From: an uncultured Rivularia sp.
Lineage (GTDB): Bacteria; Cyanobacteriota; Cyanobacteriia; Cyanobacteriales; Nostocaceae
DNA length: 64,000 nucleotides
Reading direction: 5' to 3'
Assembly: GCA_963665115.1 (NCBI GenBank)
Contig: OY762007.1
Coordinates: 8,000,001-8,064,000, forward strand
Numbering within the stretch: position 1 is the first letter of the stretch; the number at the start of each line of letters is the position of its first letter. The notes beneath the pieces were generated by a model. It saw nothing but the letters and a program-made list of their open reading frames with translations, ran no database searches and was not told the origin of the DNA. The position numbers and the translations under genes were made by a program. Positions 22,821 through 33,879 of this stretch are shown here, in pieces.

Positions 22821-23814
22821 ATGGCTGCAACCGACTTCAAAGATTATTATCAAATTTTAGGAGTGAATAAAAGCGCGACTCAAGAAGATATTAAAAAAGC
22901 TTTTCGTAAATTAGCCCGCAAATATCATCCTGATGTAAATCAAGGCAACAAAGAAGCCGAGGCGCGTTTTAAAGAAGTTAACGAAGCATACGAAGTATTA
23001 TCAGACCCTGAAAAGCGTCAGAAGTACGACCAATTTGGTCAATATTGGAAGCAAGCCGGACAAGGTTTCCCCGGTGGTGCTGCTGGTGCTGGGGTAGATA
23101 TGAATGGTTTTGATTTCGGTCAGTACAACAGCTTTGATGATTTTATCAATGAATTATTAGGACGTTTTGGTGCTGGGAACCGTGGAGGAGGACAAAGCTA
23201 TTCTTACCGGACTTCACCAGGTGGCGCAGGTGGATTTAGTGACTTTGGTGGTTTCCAGGATATGGGTGGTAATGCTGCTCAAGATAGCGAAGCCACTATT
23301 ACTCTAAGTTATGCAGAAGCTTTTAATGGCGTACAAAAGCGGTTTAATTTGGGTAATGAAACTATTGATGTTCGCATACCTGCCGGAGCAAAACCTGGCA
23401 GTCGTTTACGAGTCAGAGGTAAAGGCCCCAGTTAGCCCTTTAAATAGACGACGTGGCGATTTATATTTGGTAGTTGAGCTTGGAAACCACCCGTTTTTTA
23501 AATTTGATGGGAATAACTTGCTATGTGAAGTTGATATTACTCCCGACGAAGCTGTATTAGGAGCAACGATAAAAGTACCGACACCTGACGGTATGGTTGA
23601 TGTCAAAATTCCACCCGGAGTACGTGCCAACCAATCCTTACGATTGCGCGGCAAAGGTTGGCGAAATCCGAAAGGCGATCGCACTGACCAATTAGTTAAG
23701 ATTGCCATTGCTGTACCAAAAGAGATCGGTGAGCAGGAAAGGGAATATTATCAAAAAATCCGAGATATTCGTACCTTCAATCCTCGCAGTAATTTACAGC
23801 AATTTAGATTATAA
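22821..23814 (+). CDS. dnaJ: DnaJ class II (CbpA-like) chaperone; apparent +1 frameshift at GGCCCC 23424-23429
   Basis: J domain with HPD, G/F-rich linker, C-terminal domain continues in another frame (GDLYLVV...LRLRGKG). Confidence 0.88.
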
Positions 23815-23897
23815 CTATTGTTTATCAGTAATAAGAGTAGGCAAAACTTGCTCTTTTTTAAGAAGAATAAAACAGTAAATATTAATTTTAATTTTAC

Positions 23898-23930
23898 AAA
23901 AACCCGATTTATTTGATAAATCGGGTTTTT
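23898..23930. repeat. AAACCCGRTTT-type palindromic dispersed repeat
   Basis: AAAAACCCGATTTAT-TTG-ATAAATCGGGTTTTT; relatives at ~58531-58563 and ~60129-60160. Confidence 0.6.
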
Positions 23931-23980
23931 AAATCGGGTTTTTCTGTAGGGAACATTCCAATTGTTGAAAAATCCGCAGG

Positions 23981-24488
23981 TAGTACTTCATTTCATTTGT
24001 TCTGACGGGTTGTAGAGACGTAGCAGTGCTACGTCTCCCGACGTTAGGTCGAAAACGAACCCTTCATAATTTATGCAATCGACCACTAGTAGTCCTTTGC
24101 ATTAGTTTTAATGGGTTGTAGAGACGTAGCAGTGCTACGTCTCCCGACGTTAGGTCGAAAACGAACCCCTCAGAATTTATGCAAAGGACTACTAGTACTC
24201 CACCACAATAATTCTGCGGGGTTATGAACGGATTAAAAAAACCTTACTAGAGCGCAGAGAGCGCGGAGGAAGAGGGAAAAGAGAATTATTCGATTTCCAA
24301 TAAAATTGCTGTTCACCCGTCAGAATTAATGTTAGCAAAGCGTGCCCGTACCTTTATGTTGTCCCGGAGGGACTTAGGACATAGTGTGTCCGTCAGGATA
24401 TGCATCTTGCTCGCCCTTCTTCCACTAGGGAGCGAGACGCTCCCACTACGAATAATCTACCCATCAAAACTAATGGGACAGACTACTA
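23981..24488. mobile_element. Tandem array A of MITE-like cassettes with 30-bp inverted arms (TAGTA...CATTA..TGANGGGT)
   Basis: Cassettes 23981-24088, 24087-24194, 24193-~24340 and a right arm ending 24488; neighbours share TA (ACTAGT junctions). Confidence 0.75.
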
Positions 24489-24554
24489 AATACGGCTATA
24501 ACCAAAAATTTGAAGATAAAATTAATTATATTTTACCCGATTCCCCATTCCCTA

Positions 24555-25109
24555 TTATCGATTCATTAAATTCAAATCAATATAAGAAAGCAATGTTTCT
24601 ACACTGGCATTATGGTCTAAAAAAGAAAATAAATGTTTATAAATCAGTTTTCCTTGTTTATCTAAAATAAATTGTCCGGGTAACGGCGCACCCAATGCTT
24701 GCCCAACTCCATAGTTACGAAATACTTTACAGCTTGGGTCGCTCAATAAGGGCATTTTTAAGCTCAAATCTTTTACAACTATTTGACTTTGACGCTCGTC
24801 AGTACTTGTAATCATTAAAACTTCGACACCCCGATTCTTAAATTGGTCGTAGTTTTCATTCAAAGCTTTAATATGGGGAAAACAGAAGGGACAATATTGC
24901 TTTTCGGTGAAAATTCGAGTTAATGCCACAATTACTGGTTGCTGGTTTTGAAAATCTGATAATTTCACCAAGCTACCATTTGTGATATCAGGAAGTTGAA
25001 ATTGAGGTGTTAATTGTCCTAATTGCAGATTATTATCTGCGGGAATAGGTAAAAAATTACGTACAAAACGCTCGTTAAATAAACCAGTAAAATCGGTAGA
25101 AGTTAACAT
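24555..25109 (-). CDS. AhpC/TSA-family (peroxiredoxin-like) redoxin
   Basis: PQFQLPD, YCPFCFPH CxxC, MPLLSDP, FILDKQGK thioredoxin-fold motifs. Confidence 0.85.
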   Translation of the reverse strand: MLTSTDFTGLFNERFVRNFLPIPADNNLQLGQLTPQFQLPDITNGSLVKLSDFQNQQPVIVALTRIFTEKQYCPFCFPHIKALNENYDQFKNRGVEVLMITSTDERQSQIVVKDLSLKMPLLSDPSCKVFRNYGVGQALGAPLPGQFILDKQGKLIYKHLFSFLDHNASVETLLSYIDLNLMNR

Positions 25110-25264
25110 TTTAAATACTTTATATTTTGAAAATATAATAATTCACGCTCTTTAATGCGGAATATAACTCTATTTAATATTTATTCGCTTTTATAGCTGT
25201 ATATCTTAGGTTTAATTTTTGCTCATCTGAATTACATATTTTCTCACCCTATTTAATAATTAAA

Positions 25265-25301
25265 GTGTGGTTAATAGTAATTTTATTGCCATTAACCACA
25301 C
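25265..25301 (-). terminator. Hairpin downstream of 2-Cys peroxiredoxin
   Basis: GTGTGGTTAAT...ATTAACCACAC inverted repeat. Confidence 0.55.
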
Positions 25302-25321
25302 CTTAATCTGATGACGAAAAT

Positions 25322-25933
25322 CTAAATTGCGGAGAAATACACTTTGGACTTCTCTGGATCGGGATTCATGGTTTTATCGCCAGGCTTCCAACCCGCAGGA
25401 CAAACTTCATCCGGGTGAGATTGGACGTATTGAATAGCTTGTAATGTCCGTAATGCTTCATCTACGTTACGACCAAAAGACAAATTATTGATGGTGGCGT
25501 GCTGAATAACACCATCTTTGTCTATAATGAACAAACCGCGTAAAGCAACGCCTGCTTCCGGGTCTAGCACGTTGTAAGCAGCGCTAACTTCTTTTTTTAT
25601 ATCCGATACCAAGGGATAATTAAGGTCGCCCACTCCACCAGACTTACGGTCTGTCTGAATCCATGCTAAGTGGGAAAATTCGCTGTCAACAGAAACACCA
25701 AGTACTTCAGTGTTAAGCTTTTTAAATTCTTCGTAACGGTCGCTAAAAGCTGTAATTTCAGTGGGACAAACGAAGGTAAAGTCTAAAGGATAGAAAAACA
25801 AAATGGTGTACTTACCGCGATAGTCGGAAAGCTTAACTGTTTTGAATTCTTGGTCAACCACTGCTGTAGCTGTAAAATCTGGAGCCTGTTGACCTACACG
25901 GAGGCATCCTTCTGATGAATAAGTAAGGGGCAT
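25322..25933 (-). CDS. 2-Cys peroxiredoxin
   Basis: [18 protein letters not shown] motif, DEVCPAGW, C-terminal YF. Confidence 0.96.
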   Translation of the reverse strand: MPLTYSSEGCLRVGQQAPDFTATAVVDQEFKTVKLSDYRGKYTILFFYPLDFTFVCPTEITAFSDRYEEFKKLNTEVLGVSVDSEFSHLAWIQTDRKSGGVGDLNYPLVSDIKKEVSAAYNVLDPEAGVALRGLFIIDKDGVIQHATINNLSFGRNVDEALRTLQAIQYVQSHPDEVCPAGWKPGDKTMNPDPEKSKVYFSAI

Positions 25934-26076
25934 TATAATTTATTCTCCTCGAAACTATACTTTTTGGGCATGGAAATATCGCTGGTTTTCTTAACCTTAA
26001 ACGGTTCCACGCTTTGATTATTTGATTACGAACTGTTACAAATAATATCATACTCATAACGATTTCTCGTTTGCAA

Positions 26077-28198
26077 ATGGGGGATTTAGATACTCGTGAA
26101 TGGTTATTAACGAATGGCTTGGGAAGTTTTGCGAGCGGTACAGTTTCCGATGTCCGCACTCGCGCTTACCACGGTTGGTTGTTTGCTGCAACTTGCCCAC
26201 CTTCTGGGCGTACTTTGTTGATGTCGCATCTAGAAGCTAGTTTAGAACTACCATCAAGGGCGATCGCGTTAGGGACTAATTTCTGGGCTAGCGGTAAAAT
26301 AGAGCCGCAAGGCTACAAGTTGCTACGCCATGTTGATATTAACCCAGTTCCTAAATGGATTTGGGGTGAGGAAGACTGGCAATTAAGCAGACAAATATTT
26401 ATGCCCTACGGATTGCAAGAAAATGGAGATGAAGAGAAGGCAGGAGATTTTGGTGACTCAATAGTTAATACTCATCAAACCCCCAAACGCGATCGCGTAT
26501 TAATTCAGTATCGTTACCAAGGTAGGGATACTGCTGTTTTGAGGTTAAGGTTGCTGATTGGCGATCGCGATTTTCATCATCAGCAAAAAGAAAGTTCTCA
26601 ATTACAATTTTCCCAACAGCTTCAAAAGGGACAGCTTTGTTTGCAATCAAAAAATGCAGGGGAACTTGGTACACCTTGGCATTTGCGCTGGAGTAAAGGC
26701 ACCTATCAAAACGAAGGAATTTGGTACTGGAATTATGCTTTACCAGAAGAAACGCGGCGAGGATTGGGCGACAAAGAAGACCTTTATAGTCCCGGTTACT
26801 TAAGTGTTGTTCTCGAATCGGGAGATACAGTAACAGTAGAAGCGCAACTTGGTTTTTGCGATGAATCAAACATTGCTCTCAATTGTGAAAGCTTTAGCCG
26901 AGAAGTATCAGCAGAAGAAAAAAGGTTATCGGGAATTTTTGGATGGGGAGATGAAGCAGAGGAGGCAGGGGAGGCAGAGGAGGTAATTAAAAAAAATTTT
27001 TCTCCCTCCGCCCAAAAAGAAGGGCTCCCTCCAAAAGATGTAATCAGGAAAAAACTACTACGCGCGAGCGACCAGTTTATAGTTCACAGAGCTTCAATTG
27101 ACGGCCCCAACGGTAATTGCAGGGTATCACTGGTTCAATGATTGGGGACGCGATACTTTGATTGCTTTACCCGGTTTGGCGATAGTACCGCAGCGCTTTG
27201 AAATAGCCAAAGGATTGTTACGAACATTTGGACATTACTGTCGTCAAGGTTTGATTCCCAATGCTTTTCCCGATGCCGGTGGCGAACCTTTCTATAACAG
27301 TATAGATGCAACATTGTGGTGGATTGAGACTCTGGGGCTTTATTTGGAAGCTACCCAAGATTGGGAGTTTTTAGCGGAACAGTATCCTGTAGTACGGCAA
27401 ATTTATAAAGCACTAGTTGGTGGTACGAATTACAAAATAATTGTTGATTCTACTGATGGTTTATTAAGTTGGGATGCTCAAGGTGTAGCTCTTACTTGGA
27501 TGGATGCGGTTGTTGAAGGTGTCCCCATAACTCCGAGACGCGGTAAGCCAGTGGAAATTAATGCTTTGTGGTATTCCGCTTTATGTTGGGCTTCACGATG
27601 GGCGGAAATCTTAAGCGAGCGGCATTTCGGTGAAGAGGGAATGCGTTTAGCTAATCAAGCAGGGAGATATACTCAACAAGCGCAACAAGTAAAGCGATCG
27701 CTGCAAAAATTCTGGAATCCCAAAGATTGCTATTTATACGACACTATTGAACCAGATGACCGTCGCAATTCTCAAATTAGACCGAATGCAGTTTTAGCGC
27801 TTTCATTGAGCCATTGCGGCTTTTCTGCTCAACAAGGATATCAAATACTCGAACGAGCCTCAAAAAGCTTACTTACTCCCTACGGGCTTCGTTCTCTCGA
27901 ACCTTCAGATCCCGAATATATCGGCAAATATATGGGTTCAGCTACAACTCGCGACGCTGCTTATCACCAAGGTACTGTTTGGAGTTGGCTAATAGGTCCT
28001 TTTATCCGGGCTTGGCAGCGCTTTCACAAAGATGAAGCCTTACCTTTTGATTGGGAACCCTTAATGCAGCATTTTTTATCAGATGGTTGTCTTGGCTCAA
28101 TTTCGGAAATTTTTGACGGCGATGAACCGCACAACCCCAAAGGAGCGGTTGCTCAAGCTTGGTCGGTTGCTGAGGCGATTAGACATTTTCAAGGTTGA
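26077..28198 (+). CDS. Amylo-alpha-1,6-glucosidase (glycogen debranching enzyme); apparent +1 frameshift at GGCCCC 27103-27108
   Basis: [17 protein letters not shown]-terminus; [50 protein letters not shown] in the second frame. Confidence 0.9.
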
Positions 28199-28368
28199 GG
28201 GAGTTGGGAGTTGGGAGTTGGGAGTTGGGAGTTGGGAGTTGGGAGTTGGGAGTTGGGAGTTGGGAGTTGGGAGTTGGGAGTTGGGAGTTGGGAGTTGGGA
28301 GTAAGGAGTAAGGAGTAAGGAGTAGGGAGTAAGGAGTAAGGAGTAAGGAGTAGGGAGTAGGGAGTAGT
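28199..28368. repeat. STRR tract (GGGAGTT)n followed by GGAGTAA/GGAGTAG units
   Basis: About 14 perfect GGGAGTT units plus about 9 variants. Confidence 0.95.
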
Positions 28369-28500
28369 GGGTAAATGACTTTTTACCATCTTATTTTTAT
28401 AGAAATGTTCAACCATACATTTTCTACTTTTTACTCTTTACTCGCTACTCCAAGAAGTTCCCTTTGTCCCCATCACTCCCAGATGGCGCAAGCCAAATAA

Positions 28501-28538
28501 AAATTATGGGATTGACATACTTGCCAATCCCATAATTT
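28501..28538 (-). terminator. Hairpin downstream of tRNA
   Basis: AAATTATGGGATTG...CAATCCCATAATTT 14-bp inverted repeat. Confidence 0.65.
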
Positions 28539-28558
28539 AATTTAACTAATTAATCAAA

Positions 28559-28632
28559 TGGCTCAGGTGCGACTCGAACGCACGACCAAGGGCTTATGAG
28601 TCCCCTACTCTAACCAACTGAGCTACTGAGCC
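28559..28632 (-). tRNA. tRNA with CAT anticodon, probably elongator tRNA-Met (Ile2 not excluded); no encoded CCA
   Basis: GGCTCAGTAGCTCAGTTGGTTAGAGTAGGGGACTCATAAGCCCTTGGTCGTGCGTTCGAGTCGCACCTGAGCCA folds as a cloverleaf with paired position 1-72. Confidence 0.92.
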
Positions 28633-28816
28633 AAATTTTATTCACTTACCAATATATCATATAGATAAAGTCTTGACTAGCATCTGAAATGATTTTTTTT
28701 TAAGCAGATAATTGAAAACCAAAATCTATTAATTACCAATAAAAAGCAAAAGAGGGAGACATTCTCCCTCAACCTTCCTGCGGCAATTATCTAGATGCTA
28801 ATAATAATTCGGAAAA

Positions 28817-30865
28817 TTATTTACGAGGCGGAAGGAAAGCTATGGGGTTAACCGCTTTTTTGCCACCTTTGCGGATTTCAAAGTGCAGGTGAGGACCAGT
28901 ACTGAAACCAGTACTACCCATTAAAGAAATTCTCTGACCTTGCTGCACCTGCTGACCTTTACGCACAACAATCTTGCTGTTATGAGCGTAACGAGTCAAG
29001 GTACCATCAGGATGACGAATATCAACTAACTTACCGTAACCACCACGGTTCCAACCAGCAGATACAACTACACCATCAGCAGCTGCATGAATGGGAGTAC
29101 CTGTGGGAGCAGCGATGTCAATTCCCTTGTGCATTCTTCCCCAACGAGGACCGTAACCAGAGGTGAAAACACCTTTAGCGGGCCATGCAAAACCTTTTGC
29201 AGGTGGTTTTGACTCGTCAATTGGTTTGGGTAAGTATCTATCAACTGCTGCCAATGGAGGAAGCCCCGTCGATAGTGTTGTTTTTACAACCGAGGAAGAT
29301 TGAGAACGACCGCTGAAATTTGCAGGAGGTGTTGCAACTCTTATACCTCTACTACGAGAGAAGCTGGGGTTGATATCCTGACCGGGTGTGGGAACGGGAA
29401 TCGGTACTGCTGCTGTATTAGGTCTAGCTACACGAATTGGTACCGAAGAAGTTCCTGTTATAGGCTTTGTAACAGGAATAGGAATAGAGGCTTCAGGTCT
29501 GCTAACGGGCACTTCTACTGAATGTCTATTCGTATTTGTCTCTGGTACAACTACTCCAGACTGTTGAGTGCGGTATTTCTGCCGCAATCTTTCGATTTCT
29601 TCTTTTAATTTACGAAGACGCTCGTTTCGAGAAACTTTTACCGCTAAAGCATTACGTCTGTCAGCAACCTGCATTTCCGTAAATACTGAAGGTACGGGGG
29701 TGTTGCCACCTACACCGAAAGAACTTACAGTTTGCTCGGAATCTTCAACAGTAGGTGAAAACTGATTCTCAGTTTCAACTGTTGGACTATTTGTTGCTGC
29801 AATAACATCGCTGCTATCTTGGGCCGCAGGAACAATCAGTTGTTGATTAACCTTTAGCTCATTGGGGTTAGACAAATTATTTGCCTTAACCATGTCGGAG
29901 ACTGAAGTACCGTAGTTGCCAGCAATTTCAGCTAAGGTGTCTCCAGACTTAACAAGATGTGCCGCAGCTATTGTAGTTGGTGCTGTGATTTGTGCGGTAA
30001 CTGGTGTTGGTACTGTTACAGCTTTTTGTACCTGCTCCACAGCAGTATTCTGCTTTAACCTGGATACAAGTTTGCTTTGGATAGCAGTTTGGTTAGTACT
30101 TACAGTTGATGTTGCTTCAACTTGACTTGGCGACTGCTTTGTTACCGCAGCTTGCTTGACACCTTCAACGGGAGTCGAACGCAATTTGTTAAGACTTGCT
30201 TTTAAACGGTTCGACTTTTGCTTCAAGCGGTTGAGCGCAAACTTTTGTTGAGCTTCAAGCTGAGTATTGCCTTCGGTGGCAATCTCTTGAGCATCCACAG
30301 TTTGTGGAGTGATTGTGAAATTTTGACTCTGCGCTGGCTTCGCTGTGGTAATCGCTCGGGAAATAATCCGTCCCTTGGCCAGTTGCGGTGCGGAGTAAAT
30401 TGTATTATTGTTTGCCGCAGTTACACTTTTTTTCGCAGGCGTTTGTATCCCAAACTGAGCAGACTTTAGATTAGAGGCAACCTGCAACTTAGCTCCAAAC
30501 CCATTTACTTGCGAGATTGCTGTTGGCTCAACCACGGCAGGAATTGTCGCCCTAATCTCGTTGGAGATGGCTTTAAAAGACCGTTTTGGTGTGGGAGCAA
30601 ACTTGACCTCATCAGATGCAGCAGGGATGGCAGAGGCAGTATTTTGATTGCCTACAGGTTCTGCTGCTAGGGCTTGGTCGCTTTGTCGAGTCACGAAAAG
30701 GCTGGTTGCTCCCATCGAGATTGCTAAGCCGATCATTGCGGCTTTTGGCATCCGACGCTTAAAGAGCGGAGTAACTAAGCTACTGTGCTCTATCGAAGCA
30801 ACATCGTTATTAATGGTACTTTCTACTAACACAGCTTTCATTTTCTTCTTCAATGCTCGTTTCAA
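28817..30865 (-). CDS. LysM + M23 peptidoglycan DD-metalloendopeptidase (NlpD-like)
   Basis: HLVKSGDTLAEIA LysM; HKGIDIA, YAHNS, STGPHLHFE M23 motifs; TTG start at 30865 with AGGAGG upstream. Confidence 0.92.
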   Translation of the reverse strand: MKRALKKKMKAVLVESTINNDVASIEHSSLVTPLFKRRMPKAAMIGLAISMGATSLFVTRQSDQALAAEPVGNQNTASAIPAASDEVKFAPTPKRSFKAISNEIRATIPAVVEPTAISQVNGFGAKLQVASNLKSAQFGIQTPAKKSVTAANNNTIYSAPQLAKGRIISRAITTAKPAQSQNFTITPQTVDAQEIATEGNTQLEAQQKFALNRLKQKSNRLKASLNKLRSTPVEGVKQAAVTKQSPSQVEATSTVSTNQTAIQSKLVSRLKQNTAVEQVQKAVTVPTPVTAQITAPTTIAAAHLVKSGDTLAEIAGNYGTSVSDMVKANNLSNPNELKVNQQLIVPAAQDSSDVIAATNSPTVETENQFSPTVEDSEQTVSSFGVGGNTPVPSVFTEMQVADRRNALAVKVSRNERLRKLKEEIERLRQKYRTQQSGVVVPETNTNRHSVEVPVSRPEASIPIPVTKPITGTSSVPIRVARPNTAAVPIPVPTPGQDINPSFSRSRGIRVATPPANFSGRSQSSSVVKTTLSTGLPPLAAVDRYLPKPIDESKPPAKGFAWPAKGVFTSGYGPRWGRMHKGIDIAAPTGTPIHAAADGVVVSAGWNRGGYGKLVDIRHPDGTLTRYAHNSKIVVRKGQQVQQGQRISLMGSTGFSTGPHLHFEIRKGGKKAVNPIAFLPPRK

Positions 30866-31669
30866 AGACAACCTCCTACGATCGCTAGCGCTTAACCGAC
30901 CTCGATTCTTTTGTTCAGAAAACATTCAATGATTTGAATCACTCGGAATAACTGATCGAGATCACATTTACCGGAGATACTTAGGCAAGATTAACCCGGT
31001 TCTCTGTTTTAGACAAGTTAACACTGTACTAGTAAAAATTAAACTTTTGTGCTTACTTGTCCATTACATTAACTACACCCAGATATTGTTTTCCCTTATA
31101 CAGATATATAGAACGTTTACATCTGCCTCAAGAAAACATCAAACTTAAAAGCCTAAAAATCAGACGGGAAGCTTCATGCTTGGGTAATTACAACCTTTAT
31201 AGGTCGCAATTTACGAAATAGGCATATCTCTTGCTGTAGATAACACCATAGGGTGTGCCATATTCCATCTTCCCAACCGAGACTTTACGTTGATTTTTCC
31301 CTAAAGTACAACCGTATTTACTCGCAAGTAAATTTACTCTTCAAAAAAGTCTCAGGGATTCTAATGGAGCCTCAACTGCTTGTCCTACCAAACTTTACCC
31401 TGACTAAATACAGTTATCGGGATAATTCCAATTAACAAAAATCTATGATTCGATTTGAGAAAAACATCAAATTACCTATACAAATTTCTTATATAAAATT
31501 ACTCTCATATGTAAGTATTTTTCATTAGTTATCACACATTGCGGATAAAATAAGTATTCTTTAGAACATAAATAAAAACTTTAATAAGTATTTATTCTAT
31601 CAACAAATAACTCAAATCAATATATTATGACTCTCCAAAGCATTATTACTTATTAACACCTTTACCTCT

Positions 31670-32128
31670 CTAAAGATATCCCAATCGGCGACGTGCCTCA
31701 AATAGGCTCACAGCAACGCTTACAGAAAGATTTAAGCTGCGAACGTTGGGTTCTTTCATCGGAATGTAAAGGGTTTCATCGCAACAATCCAATGCATTTG
31801 CTGGTAAGCCCGTGGTTTCACTACCGAATAAAAGCCAGTCGCTTGCGAGATAATCAAAAGTAGCGTAATTTAAATTACCTCTGACGCTAAATCCCAATTT
31901 TCTTCCTCCACGCTGCTGATGCAGGGATTTGAATGCTTCTAGAGATTCGTGATGATGCAGTTTTACATAGGGCCAGTAATCCAAGCCTGCACGTTTTAGA
32001 TAACGGTCGGTAATTTCAAAACCCAAAGGGCCGACTAAGTGCAATTCGGTACCTGTAGCCGCACAAGTACGAGCAATATTACCTGTATTAGGAGGGATTT
32101 GCGGATTAACTAAAACTATTTGTGGCAT
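31670..32128 (-). CDS. trmL: tRNA (cytidine(34)-2'-O)-methyltransferase
   Basis: PQIPPNTGNIARTC, LKRAGLDYW, FGSETTGL, RSLNLS SPOUT motifs. Confidence 0.95.
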   Translation of the reverse strand: MPQIVLVNPQIPPNTGNIARTCAATGTELHLVGPLGFEITDRYLKRAGLDYWPYVKLHHHESLEAFKSLHQQRGGRKLGFSVRGNLNYATFDYLASDWLLFGSETTGLPANALDCCDETLYIPMKEPNVRSLNLSVSVAVSLFEARRRLGYL

Positions 32129-32379
32129 TGGCAGTCAAGTAATTGTATAAAAAACAACAATGTGTTCGTTTTTTCAAAACTATCTTAAGATAAAACACAC
32201 ATATAGTTTTTATTAATAATTATCAATCTGTGACAATCTATAAAAAAAATTAAAGCATCAATGATGCTTATATGAAGAGTAATTAAAGGAAATGTAAAAA
32301 GATAGTAAATTGTTGAGGATAACAGATTTTTGTGTGTCCGCCAAAATATACCATCTTTTGAGAACAAGCAAGAGTGGTG

Positions 32380-33519
32380 TTAAGCCATCAACAAGGAACA
32401 TAATTTATCCTCAAGTTCTAATTCTCGTTCTCTAATCGAATTAATCGCTTGAGCTATCACGTTCCGACTGCTAACACCTAATCCGTAAAGTTGCAACCAT
32501 CGCTGTGCTTGATTTCCTTCACGAAGAATTTTTTGCAGCGGTGAAAGGAAGCATCCAAAGCCATGCTGTTTGGCTATAGTTGCTGCTGGTTCATAAAGTT
32601 CGTTTATCCAATCCCTTGCTGTGATAGTTCTTCCGTCAACCCAATGAATTAATTGAGCATCCAAGCTATTTCGGGCGCAAGCAGCTTCATTTTGGGCTGT
32701 AATCGCGATTAATTCTTCGGGAGAGAAACTACTTTTAACTAACGGATCGAGATTCGGATTATTAATTACTTGCAGCAAACGCGTTTCTAACAAAGCTGTA
32801 ATCGCTAATAATGCAATTGGATCGGTAACTAAATCGCAAATTCGCAACTCCAAACGATTTAGATCGTGGGGACGGCGATCGCCATTTGGTCGAACCGATG
32901 TCCATAAATGTCGCACATTTTGCATTGTGCCTTTGGCCAACTGTTCTTCCGTCCAACGAATATGATGTTCGTGACTTGTAAATAAAGGGACGGATGAGGG
33001 AGTTTGTGGAAAAAGACCCCAACGGGTTGAATGGTATCCCGTAGCCTTACCATCTAAAAAGGGCGATGAAGCGCTTAAAGCTAAATACAAAGGTGCTTCC
33101 AAGCGTACAATGCGACAAGCCCGCATTAGCACTTCGGGGTCGCTGATACCTACATTAATATGAACGCTAGCGGTGACAACTTTAGTACCGTAGGTGTTTT
33201 CGATGTAATCGTGATAAGTATTATTTGGATCGGAACGTAAAAACTTCTCGCTTCCTCCTAAAGATAAGGTACTTCCAGGAATTAAAGTATAGTTACCCAA
33301 TTGTTCTAGATATTTTCTTAACTTCAAGCGAGGACATATTAAACCACATAAAAGCCGTTCGTAGTCGTAAAATGGATCGGTGATATATTCAACATTGCGG
33401 CTATCCGGTTCCCGCATAAATCCTTCTAAAGCAGCGGTGATTTTGTCAGAGAGACCAACGATGTCACCTTGAGGCGTTCCAGTATACATCTCAATCTCAA
33501 AACCTTTCGATAGCACCAC
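32380..33519 (-). CDS. gshA: Glutamate--cysteine ligase (cyanobacterial type)
   Basis: KGFEIEMY, REPDSRNVEY, TASVHINVG, WTSVRPNG, RLELRICD. Confidence 0.9.
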   Translation of the reverse strand: MVLSKGFEIEMYTGTPQGDIVGLSDKITAALEGFMREPDSRNVEYITDPFYDYERLLCGLICPRLKLRKYLEQLGNYTLIPGSTLSLGGSEKFLRSDPNNTYHDYIENTYGTKVVTASVHINVGISDPEVLMRACRIVRLEAPLYLALSASSPFLDGKATGYHSTRWGLFPQTPSSVPLFTSHEHHIRWTEEQLAKGTMQNVRHLWTSVRPNGDRRPHDLNRLELRICDLVTDPIALLAITALLETRLLQVINNPNLDPLVKSSFSPEELIAITAQNEAACARNSLDAQLIHWVDGRTITARDWINELYEPAATIAKQHGFGCFLSPLQKILREGNQAQRWLQLYGLGVSSRNVIAQAINSIRERELELEDKLCSLLMA

Positions 33520-33605
33520 AAATTTCTCCTTGGCTCTCCAATAATAGTCAAATTGTATCTAAGGTGACGAAATTACGCATCAACCTTTTGGTAGCTATCG
33601 TAAGA

Positions 33606-33662
33606 GGGAGTAGGGAATAGGGAATAGGGAGTAGGGAATAGGGAGTAGGGAATAGGGAATAG
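33606..33662. repeat. STRR tract GGGAGTA/GGGAATA
   Basis: About 8 heptamer units. Confidence 0.85.
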
Positions 33663-33879
33663 AAAAAACTTGAATCCAGATACTAATTTTTTCGGTGCAA
33701 GGGCTGACATTGCCAACAAAAATCTAGGAAGAAGTTTATCGGCGACTGTACGATTTTATGAAGATGATATTTTCGTCGAGCGGAAAATTAACAATTTAAT
33801 GATTTATTAGCGATTTTTATACTGCTTAAATTAATTTATAAACGTAGCAGCTAAACAATAGATATTATTTTCTTACCCA

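Noticed and set aside
23981..24194. CRISPR array
   Set aside because: Units are ~108 bp with inverted arms and repeated cargo, not 25-45 bp direct repeats with unique spacers; no cas genes in the window
24329..24670. 113-aa plus-strand ORF
   Set aside because: Built from cassette repeats and antisense to the redoxin gene
28083..28416. ORFs encoding VGSWELG and PTPNSQL repeats
   Set aside because: Read-through of the GGGAGTT STRR tract, not genes
28559..28632. tRNA as integration site of an island
   Set aside because: No integrase nearby and no duplicate of the tRNA 3' end noticed in the window
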